Positions 13,101-24,500 of a DNA stretch of 64,000 nucleotides are shown here, in pieces. The stretch's first letter is position 1; the number at the start of each line of letters is the position of its first letter. The translations under genes were made by a program, and so were the position numbers. The stretch is from Utricularia gibba (Eukaryota > Plantae > Magnoliophyta). The stretch spans positions 620,001 to 684,000 of the forward strand of contig NEEC01000027.1 of the NCBI GenBank assembly GCA_002189035.1, written 5' to 3'. Below the pieces are notes generated by a model. It was given only the letters and a program-made list of their open reading frames with translations. It was not told the origin of the DNA and did not search any database.

Positions 13101-13649
13101 GCATGCATCAGTTGTGCGTATGAACACACCCGTGGCATTGTAAGGGATCACCTCAAAAATGAAAATTTCACACCTTCCAATGAAATCCATATGTTTTACA
13201 AACGAGAAATCACATTCGCGTCGAATCGGAAGCCCCGAGTCGAATTATCGCGAACGTCATGGCAACTTTGTGGCACAATTGAAGGCTAATATAAGGAAAT
13301 AATTCGAGCTCTGATAAATCGTCGGACGACGAAGCTTCCATCACGGATGATGACCGCCTCGGAATGAGCTTCGAAACGGTGTGTCGTGCGCAACGCGGGT
13401 AATCACGGTTTTGAAGATATCGACAAAATACGGAATGGTGCACGAGGTCTACATCAGGTGTGGGTTGGAAAACCCGTGGCATTGTAAGGGATCGCCTCGA
13501 AAACGAAAATTTCACACCTTCCAATGAAATGCATATGTATTGCATGCGCGAAATCCCATTCCTGTCGAATCGGAAGTCCCGAGTCAAACCATCGCGAACG
13601 TCGTGGCCACTTTGTGGCACAATTGAAGGCTAATAGAAGGCAATAATTC
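10195..13649. repeat. Canonical pentameric HOR (A-B-C-D-E), two consecutive clean copies of ~1728 bp
   Basis: Diagnostic variants recur in fixed order. A: tacattgtcgg..ggtatcctg..aacaaaaattt..atatgcttt. B: tcggattacg..gatgctcggctaag..gtcatgccg. C: A-like 5' end, then acattcgcatcg..caatttgggg..ggctaaaatacggc. D: atgagatttaaaac..gcaagatattgcaagatatt..cacctcaaaaatg. E: tgataaatcg..ccatcacggatg..aaaatacggaatggtgc. Unit starts are 10195, 11923 and 13650. The ORF track gives the same period (11137 to 12865 = 1728). Confidence 0.95.
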
Positions 13650-15339
13650 GAGCTCTGATACATTGTCGGACGACAAAGCTTCCAACACGGAAGATGACCG
13701 GCTCAGAATGAGCTTTGAAACGGTATCCTGTGCGTAGCGTGACTTATCACGGTTTGCAAGATATCGACAAGATATTGAACGAGGCACGAGGCATGCATCA
13801 TGTGTGCGTAGGAACACACCCGTGGCATTGTAAGGGATCGCGTCGAAAACAAATTTCACACCTTCCAATGAAATGCATATGTTTGCATGCGAGAAATCCC
13901 ATTCCTGTCGAATCGGAAGTCCCGAGTCACACCATCGCGAACGTCGTGGCCACTTTGCACAATTGAAGGCTAATAGAAGGCAATAATTAGAGCTCTGATA
14001 CATCGTCGGAACGAAGCTTCCAACACGGAAGATGCTCGCTAAGAATGAGCTTTGAAACGTCATGCCGTGCGCAGCGTGACTCATCACGGTTTGCAAGATA
14101 TCGACAAGATATTGAACGAGGCACGAGGCATGCATCAGGTGTGCGTAAGAACATCATTGTAAGGGATCGCCGAAAACGAAATGCATATGTTTGCATGCGA
14201 GAAATCCCATTCCTGTCGAATCGGAAGTCCCGAGTCACATCGCGAACGTCGTGGCCACTTTGTGGCACAATTGAAGGCTAATAGAAGGCAATAATTAGAG
14301 CTCTGATACATCGTCGGATTACGAAGCTTCCAACACGGAAGATGCTCGGAATGAGCTTTGAAACGTCATGCCGTGCGCAGCGTGACTCATCACGGTTTGC
14401 AAGATATCGACAAGATATTGAACGAGGCACGAGGCATGCATCAGGTGTGCGTAAGAACACACCCGTGGCATTGTAAGGGATCGCCTCGAAAACGAAAATT
14501 TCACACCTTCCAATGCACACGTCTTCCAATGAAATGCATACAATTGAAGGCTAATAGAAGGCAATAATTCGAGCTCTGATACATTGTCGGACGACAAAGC
14601 TTCCAACACGGAAGATGACCGGCTCAGAATGAGCTTTGAAACGGTATCCTGTGCGTAGCGTGACTCATCACGGTTTGCAAGATATCGACAAGATATTGAA
14701 CGAGGCACGAGGCATGCATCATGTGTGCGTAGGAACACACCCGTGGCATTGTAAGGGATCGCGTCGAAAACGAAAATTTTCACACCTTCCAATGAAATGC
14801 ATATGTTTTGCATGCGAGAAATCCCATTCGCATCGAATCGGAAGTCCCGAGTCGCATCGTCGCGAACGTCGTGGCCAATTTGGGGCACAATTGAAGGCTA
14901 AAATACGGCAATAATTCGAGCTCTGATACATCGTCGGACGACAAAGCTTCCAACACGGAAGATGACCGGCTCAGAATGAGATTTAAAACGTCATGTGTGC
15001 GCAGCGTGACTCATCACGGTTTGCAAGATATTGCAAGATATTGAACGCGGCACGAAGCATGCATCAGTTGTGCGTATGAACACACCCGTGGCATTGTAAG
15101 GGATCACCTCAAAAATGAAAATTTCACACCTTCCAATGAAATCCATATGTTTTACAAACGAGAAATCACATTCGCGTCGAATCGGAAGCCCCGAGTCGAA
15201 TTATCGCGAACGTCATGGCAACTTTGTGGCACAATTGAAGGCTAATATAAGGAATAATTCGAGCTCTGATAAATCGTCGGACGACGAAGCTTCCATCACG
15301 GATGATGACCGCCTCGGAATGAGCTTCGAAACGGTGTGT

Positions 15340-15530
15340 CGCGCAAGAATCATCGACAAGACGACAAAGCAACACGGAAGGACATGAGCATCAGGTGTGA
15401 CGTTTGCAAGAACACAAGATATTGAACGAGGCACGAGGCATGCATCATGTGTGCGTATGGCATAAGGGATCGCGTCTTTCACACCTTCCAATGAAAATAT
15501 GCGCAAGAATTTCAATCAAGTCCTCACACC
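15340..15530. other. Scrambled, low-quality patch compressing an E and an A monomer into ~330 bp
   Basis: The E 5' end (15261) runs into fragmentary k-mers (acgacaaagc, aacacggaag, atcaggtgtg, gtttgcaag) and ends in an A-type 3' end before the B at 15590. Confidence 0.7.
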
Positions 15531-18500
15531 ATCGCGAACGTCGTGGCCACTTTGTGGCACAATTGAAGGCTAATAGAAGGCAATAATTAGAGCTCTGATA
15601 CATCGTCGGATTACGAAGCTTCCAACACGGAAGATGCTCGGCTAAGAATGAGCTTTGAAACGTCATGCCGTGCGCAGCGTGACTCATCACGGTTTGCAAG
15701 ATATCGACAAGATATTGAACGAGGCACGAGGCATGCATCAGGTGTGCGTAAGAACACACCCGTGCATTGTAAGGGATCGCCTCGAAAACGAAAATTTCAC
15801 ACCTTCCAATGAAATGCATATGTATTGCATGCGCGAAATCCCATTCCTGTCGAATCGGAAGTCCCGAGTCTCGCGAACGTCGTGGCCACTTTGTGGCACA
15901 ATTGAAGGCTAATAGAAGGCAATAATTCGAGCTCTGATACATTGTCGGACGACAAAGCTTCCAACACGGAAGATGACCGGCTAGAATGAGCTTTGAAACG
16001 GTATCCTGTGCGTAGCGTGACTCATCACGGTTTGCAAGATATCGACAAGATATTGAACGAGGCACGAGGCATGCATCATGTGTGCGTAGGAACACACCCG
16101 TGGCATTGTAAGGGATCGCGTCGAAAACGAAAATTTCACACCTTCCAATGAAATGCATATGTTTTGCATGCGAGAAATCACATTCGCATCGAATCGGAAG
16201 TCCCGAGTCGCATCGTCGCGAACGTCGTGGCCAATTTGGGGCACAATTGAAGGCTAAAATACGGCAATAATTCGAGCTCTGATACATCGTCGGACGACAA
16301 AGCTTCCAACACGGAAGATGACCGGCTCAGAATGAGATTTAAAACGTCATGTGTGCGCAGCGTGACTCATCACGGTTTGCAAGATATTGCAAGATATTGA
16401 ACGCGGCACGAAGCATGCATCAGTTGTGCGTATGAACACACCCGTGGCATTGTAAGGGATCACCTCAAAAATGAAAATTTCACACCTTCCAATGAAATCC
16501 ATATGTTTTACAAACGAGAAATCACATTCGCGTCGAATCGGAAGCCCCGAGTCGAATTATCGCGAACGTCATGGCAACTTTGTGGCACAATTGAAGGCTA
16601 ATATAAGGAATAATTCGAGCTCTGATAAATCGTCGGACGACGAAGCTTCCATCACGGATGATGACCGCCTCGGAATGAGCTTCGAAACGGTGTTGTCGTG
16701 CGCAACGCGGGTAATCACGGTTTTGAAGATATCGACAAAATTCCATCACGAAAATTTCACACCTTCCAATGAAATCCATATGTTTTACAAACGAGAAATC
16801 ACATTCGCGTCGAATCGGAAGCCCCGAGTCGAATTATCGCGAACGTCATGGCAACTTTGTGGCACAATTGAAGGCTAATATAAGGAAATAATTCGAGCTC
16901 TGATAAATCGTCGGACGACGAAGCTTCCATCACGGATGATGAACCTCGGAATGAGCTTCGAAACGGTGTGTGTGCGCAACGCGGGTAATCACGGTTTTGA
17001 AGATATCGACAAAATACGGAATGGTGCACGAGGTCTACATCAGGTGTGGGTTGAAAACACCCGTGGCATTGTAAGGGATCGCCTCGAAAACGAAAATTTC
17101 ACACCTTCCAATGAAATGCATATGTATTGCATGCGCGAAATCCCATTCCTGTCGAATCGGAAGTCCCGAGTCAAACCATCGCGAACGTCGTGGCCACTTT
17201 GTGGCACAATTGAAGGCTAATAGAAGGCAATAATTCGAGCTCTGATACATTGTCGGACGACAAAGCTTCCAACACGGAAGATGACCGGCTCAGAATGAGC
17301 TTTGAAACGGTATCCTGTGCGTAGCGTGACTTATCACGGTTTGCAAGATATCGACAAGATATTGAACGAGGCACGAGGCATGCATCATGTGTGCGTAGGA
17401 ACACACCCGTGGCATTGTAAGGGATCGCTCGAAAACAAAAATTTCACACCTTCCAATGAAATGCATATGCTTTGCATGCGAGAAATCCCATTCCTGTCGA
17501 ATCGGAAGTCCCGAGTCACACCATCGCGAACGTCGTGGCCACTTTGTGGCACAATTGAAGGCTAATAGAAGGCAATAATTAGAGCTCTGATACATCGTCG
17601 GATTACGAAGCTTCCAACACGGAAGATGCTCGGCTAAGAATGAGCTTTGAAACGTCATGCCGTGCGCAGCGTGACTCATCACGGTTTGCAAGATATCGAC
17701 AAGATATTGAACGAGGCACGAGGCATGCATCAGGTGTGCGTAAGAACACACCCGTAGCATTGTAAGGGATCGCCTCGAAAACGAAAATTTCACACCTTCC
17801 AATGAAATGCATATGTTTTGCATGCGAGAAATCCCATTCCTGTCGAATCGGAAGTCCCGAGTCAACCATCGCGAACGTCGTGGCCACTTTGTGGCACAAT
17901 TGAAGGCTAATAGAAGGCAATAATTCGAGCTCTGATACATTGTCGGACGACAAAGCTTCCAACACGGAAGATGACCGGCTCAGAATGAGCTTTGAAACGG
18001 TATCCTGTGCGTAGCGTGACTCATCACGGTTTGCAAGATATCGACAAGATATTGAACGGGCAAGAGGCATGCATCAGTTGTGCGTATGAACACACCCGTG
18101 GCATTGTAAGGGATCACCTCAAAAATGAAAATTTCACACCTTCCAATGAAATCCATATGTTTACAAACGAGAAATCACATTCGCGTCGAATCGGAAGCCC
18201 GAGTCGAATTATCGCGAACGTCATGGCAACTTGTGGCACAATTGAAGGCTAATATAAGGAAATAATTCGAGCTCTGATAAATCGTCGGACGACGAAGCTT
18301 CCATCACGGATGATGACCGCCTCGGAATGAGCTTCGAAACGGTGTGTCGTGCGCAACGCGGGTAATCACGGTTTTGAAGATATCGACAAAATACGGAATG
18401 GTGCACGAGGTCTACATCAGGTGTGGGTTGGAAAACACCCGTGGCATTGTAAGGGATCGCCTCGAAAACGAAAATTTCACACCTTCCAATGAAATCCATA

Positions 18501-21500
18501 TGTCTTGATAGCGAGAAATCACATTCACGTTGAATCGGAAGTCCCGAGTCGCATCGTCGCGAACGTCGTGGCCAATTTGGGGCACAATTGAAGGCTAACA
18601 TACGACAATAATTCGAGCTCTGATACATCGTCGGATGACAAAGCTTCCAACACGGAAGATGACCGCCTCGAATGAGCTTCGAAACGGTGTGTCGTGCGCT
18701 ACGTGGCTCATCACGGTTTTCAAGATATCGATAAAATACGAATGGTGCACGAGGCATGCATCATGTGTGCGTAGGAACACACCCGTGGCTTTGTAAGGGA
18801 TCGCGTCGAAAACAAAATTTCACACCTTCCAATGAAATGCATATGTTTTGCATGCGAGAAATCCATTCCTGTCGAATCGGAAGTCCCGAGTCAAACCATG
18901 GCGAACGTCGTGGCCACTTTGTGGCACAATTGAAGGCTAATAGAAGGCAATAATTCGAGCTCTGATACATTGTCGGACGACAAAGCTTCCAACACGGAAG
19001 ATGACCGGCTCAGAATGAGCTTTGAAACGGTATCCTGTGCGTAGCGTGACTTATCACGGTTTGCAAGATATCGACAAGATATTGAACGAGGCACGAGGCA
19101 TGCATCATGTGTGCGTAGGAACACACCCGTGGCATTGTAAGGGATCGCGTCGAAAACAAAAATTTCACACCTTCCAATGAAATGCATATGCTTTGCATGC
19201 GAGAAATCCCATTCCTGTCGAATCGGAAGTCCCGAGTCACGCCATCGCGAACGTCGTGGCCACTTTGTGGCACAATTGAAGGCTAATAGAAGGCAATAAT
19301 TAGAGCTCTGATACATCGTCGGATTACGAAGCTTCCAACACGGAAGATGCTCGGCTAAGAATGAGCTTTGAAACGTCATGCCGTGCGCAGCGTGACTCAT
19401 CACGGTTTGCAAGATATCGACAAGATATTGAACGAGGCACGAGGCATGCATCAGGTGTGCGTAAGAACACACCCGTGGCATTGTAAGGGATCGCCTCGAA
19501 AACGAAAATTTCACACCTTCCAATGAAATGCATATGTATTGCATGCGCGAAATCCCATTCCTGTCGAATCGGAAGTCCCGAGTCAAAGCATCGCGAACGT
19601 CGTGGCCACTTTGTGGCACAATTGAAGGCTAATAGAAGGCAATAATTCGAGCTCTGATACATTGTCGGACGACAAAGCTTCCAACACGGAAGATGACCGG
19701 CTTTGAATGAGCTTTGAAACGGTATCCTGTGCGTAGCGTGACTTATCACGGTTTGCAAGATATCGACAAGATATTGAACGAGGCACGAGGCATGCATCAT
19801 GTGTGCGTAGGAACACACCCGTGGCATTGTAAGGGATCGCTCGAAAACAAAAATTTCACACCTTCCAATGAAATGCATATGCTTTGCATGCGAGAAATCC
19901 CATTCCTGTCGAATCGGAAGTCCCGAGTCACACCATCGCGAACGTCGTGGCCACTTTGTGGCACAATTGAAGGCTAATAGAAGGCAATAATTAGAGCTCT
20001 GATACATCGTCGGACGACGAAGCTTCCAACACGGAAGATGCTCGGCTAAGAATGAGCTTTGAAACGTCATGCCGTGCGCAGCGTGACTCATCACGGTTTG
20101 CAAGATATCGACAAGATATTGAACGAGGCACGAGGCATGCATCAGGTGTGCGTAAGAACACACCCGTCGCATTGTAAGGGATCGCCTCGAAAACGAAAAT
20201 TTCACACCTTCCAATGAAATGCATATGTATTGCATGCGAGAAATCCCATTCCTGTCGAATCGGAAGTCCCGAGTCACACCATCGCGAACGTCGTGGCCAC
20301 TTTGTGGCACAATTGAAGGCTAATAGAAGGCAATAATTAGAGCTCTGATACATCGTCGGATTACGAAGCTTCCAACACGGAAGATGCTCGGCTAAGAATG
20401 AGCTTTGAAACGTATGCCGTGCGCAGCGTGACTCATCACGGTTTGCAAGATATCAACAAGATATTGAACGAGGCACGAGGCATGCATCATGTGTGCGTAG
20501 GAACACACCCGTGGCATTGTAAGGGATCGCGTCGAAAACGAAAATTTCACACCTTCCAATGAAATGCATATGTTTTGCATGCGAGAAATCACATTCGCAT
20601 CGAATCGGAAGTCCCGAGTCGCATCGTCGCGAACGTCGTGGCCAATTTGGGGCACAATTGAAGGCTAAAATACGGCAATAATTCGAGCTCTGATACATCG
20701 TCGGACGACAAAGCTTCCAACACGGAAGATGACCGGCTCAGAATGAGATTTAAAACGTCATGCTGTGCGCAGCGTGACTCATCACGGTTTGCAAGATATT
20801 GCAAGATATTGAACGCGGCACGAAGCATGCATCAGTTGTGCGTATGAACACACCCGTGGCATTGTAAGGGATCACCTCAAAAATGAAAATTTCACACCTT
20901 CCAATGAAATCCATATGTTTTACAAACGAGAAATCACATTCGCGTCGAATCGGAAGCCCCGAGTCGAATTATCGCGAACGTCATGGCAACTTTGTGGCAC
21001 AATTGAAGGCTAATATAAGGAAATAATTCGAGCTCTGATAAATCGTCGGACGACGAAGCTTCCATCACGGATGATGACCGCCTCGGAATGAGCTTCGAAA
21101 CGGTGTGTCGTGCGCAACGCGGGTAATCACGGTTTTGAAGATATCGACAAAATACGGAATGGTGCACGAGGTCTACATTAGGTGTGGGTTGAAAAACACC
21201 CGTGGCATTGTAAGGGATCGCCTCGAAAACGAAAATTTCACACCTTCCAATGAAATGCATATGTATTGCATGCGCGAAATCCCATTCCTGTCGAATCGGA
21301 AGTCCCGAGTCAAACCATCGCGAACGTCGTGGCCACTTTGTGGCACAATTGAAGGCTAATAGAAGGCAATAATTCGAGCTCTGATACATTGTCGGACGAC
21401 AAAGCTTCCAACACGGAAGATGACCGGCTTAGAATGAGCTTTGAAACGGTATCCTGTGCGTAGCGTGACTTATCACGGTTTGCAAGATATCGACAAGATA

Positions 21501-24500
21501 TTGAACGAGGCACGAGGCATGCATCATGTGTGCGTAGGAACACACCCGTGGCATTGTAAGGGATCGCGTCGAAAACAAAAATTTCACACCTTCCAATGAA
21601 ATGCATATGCTTTGCATGCGAGAAATCCCATTCCTGTCGAATCGGAAGTCCCGAGTCACACCATCGCGAACGTCGTGGCCACTTTGTGGCACAATTGAAG
21701 GCTAATAGAAGGCAATAATTAGAGCTCTGATACATCGTCGGATTACGAAGCTTCCAACACGGAAGATGCTCGGCTAAGAATGAGCTTTGAAACGTCATGC
21801 CGTGCGCAGCGTGACTCATCACGGTTTGCAAGATATCGACAAGATATTGAACGAGGCACGAGGCATGCATCAGGTGTGCGTAAGAACACACCCGTCGCAT
21901 TGTAAGGGATCGCCTCGAAAACGAAAATTTCACACCTTCCAATGAAATGCATATGTATTGCATGCGAGAAATCCCATTCCTGTCGAATCGGAAGTCCCGA
22001 GTCACACCATCGCGAACGTCGTGGCCACTTTGTGGCACAATTGAAGGCTAATAGAAGGCAATAATTAGAGCTCTGATACATCGTCGGACGACGAAGCTTC
22101 CAACACGGAAGATGCTCGGCTAAGAATGAGCTTTGAAACGTCATGCCGTGCGCAGCGTGACTCATCACGGTTTGCAAGATATCAACAAGATATTGAACGA
22201 GGCACGAGGCATGCATCATGTGTGCGTAGGAACACACCCGTGGCATTGTAAGGGATCGCGTCGAAAACGAAAATTTCACACCTTCCAATGAAATGCATAT
22301 GTTTTGCATGCGAGAAATCACATTCGCATCGAATCGGAAGTCCCGAGTCGCATCGTCGCGAACGTCGTGGCCAATTTGGGGCACAATTGAAGGCTAAAAT
22401 ACGGCAATAATTCGAGCTCTGATACATCGTCGGACGACAAAGCTTCCAACACGGAAGATGACCGGCTCAGAATGAGATTTAAAACGTCATGCTGTGCGCA
22501 GCGTGACTCATCACGGTTTGCAAGATATTGCAAGATATTGAACGCGGCACGAAGCATGCATCAGTTGTGCGTATGAACACACCCGTGGCATTGTAAGGGA
22601 TCACCTCAAAAATGAAAATTTCACACCTTCCAATGAAATCCATATGTTTTACAAACGAGAAATCACATTCGCGTCGAATCGGAAGCCCCGAGTCGAATTA
22701 TCGCGAACGTCATGGCAACTTTGTGGCACAATTGAAGGCTAATATAAGGAAATAATTCGAGCTCTGATAAATCGTCGGACGACGAAGCTTCCATCACGGA
22801 TGATGACCGCCTCGGAATGAGCTTCGAAACGGTGTGTCGTGCGCAACGCGGGTAATCACGGTTTTGAAGATATCGACAAAATACGGAATGGTGCACGAGG
22901 TCTACATCAGGTGTGGGTTGGAAAACACCCGTGGCATTGTAAGGGATCGCCTCGAAAACGAAAATTTCACACCTTCCAATGAAATGCATATGTATTGCAT
23001 GCGCGAAATCCCATTCCTGTCGAATCGGAAGTCCCGAGTCAAACCATCGCGAACGTCGTGGCCACTTTGTGGCACAATTGAAGGCTAATAGAAGGCAATA
23101 ATTCGAGCTCTGATACATTGTCGGACGACAAAGCTTCCAACACGGAAGATGACCGCCTCCGAATGAGCTTCGAAACGGTGTGTCGTGCGCTACGTGGCTC
23201 ATCACGGTTTTCAAGATATCGATAAAATACAGAATGGTGCACGAGGCATGCATCATGTGTGCGTAAGAACACACCCGTGGCATTGTAAGGGATCGCCTCG
23301 AAAACAAAAATTTCACACCTTCCAATGAAATGCATATGTTTGCATGCGAGAAATCCCATTCCTGTCGAATCGGAAGTCCCGAGTCAAACCATCGCGAACG
23401 TCGTGGCCACTTTGTGGCACAATTGAAGGCTAATAGAAGGCAATAATTCGAGCTCTGATACATTGTCGGACGACAAAGCTTCCAACACGGAAGATGACCG
23501 GCTCAGAATGAGCTTTGAAACGGTATCCTGTGCGTAGCGTGACTTATCACGGTTTGCAAGATATCGACAAGATATTGAACGAGGCACGAGGCATGCATCA
23601 TGTGTGCGTAGGAACACACCCGTGGCATTGTAAGGGATCGCGTCGAAAACAAAAATTTCACACCTTCCAATGAAATGCATATGCTTTGCATGCGAGAAAT
23701 CCCATTCCTGTCGAATCGGAAGTCCCGAGTCACGCCATCGCGAACGTCTGGCCACTTTGTGGCACAATTGAAGGCTAATAGAAGGCAATAATTAGAGCTC
23801 TGATACATCGTCGGATTACGAAGCTTCCAACACGGAAGATGCTCGGCTAAGAATGAGCTTTGAAACGTCATGCCGTGCGCAGCGTGACTCATCACGGTTT
23901 GCAAGATATCGACAAGATATTGAACGAGGCACGAGGCATGCATCATGTGTGCGTAGGAACACACCCGTGGCATTGTAAGGGATCGCTCGAAAACAAAAAT
24001 TTCACACCTTCCAATGAAATGCATATGTTTGCATGCGAGAAATCCCATTCCTGTCGAATCGGAAGTCCCGAGTCACACCATCGCGAACGTCGTGGCCACT
24101 TTGTGGCACAATTGAAGGCTAATAGAAGGCAATAATTCGAGCTCTGATACATCGTCGGATTACGAAGCTTCCAACACGGAAGATGCTCGGCTAAGAATGA
24201 GCTTTGAAACGTCATGCCGTGCGCAGCGTGACTCATCACGGTTTGCAAGATATCGACAAGATATTGAACGAGGCACGAGGCATGCATCAGGTGTGCGTAA
24301 GAACACACCCGTGCATTGTAAGGGATCGCCTCGAAAACGAAAATTTCACACCTTCCAATGAAATGCATATGTATTGCATGCGAGAAATCCCATTCCTGTC
24401 GAATCGGAAGTCCGAGTCACACCATCGCGAACGTCGTGGCCACTTTGTGGCACAATTGAAGGCTAATAGAAGGCAATAATTCGAGCTCTGATACATTGTC

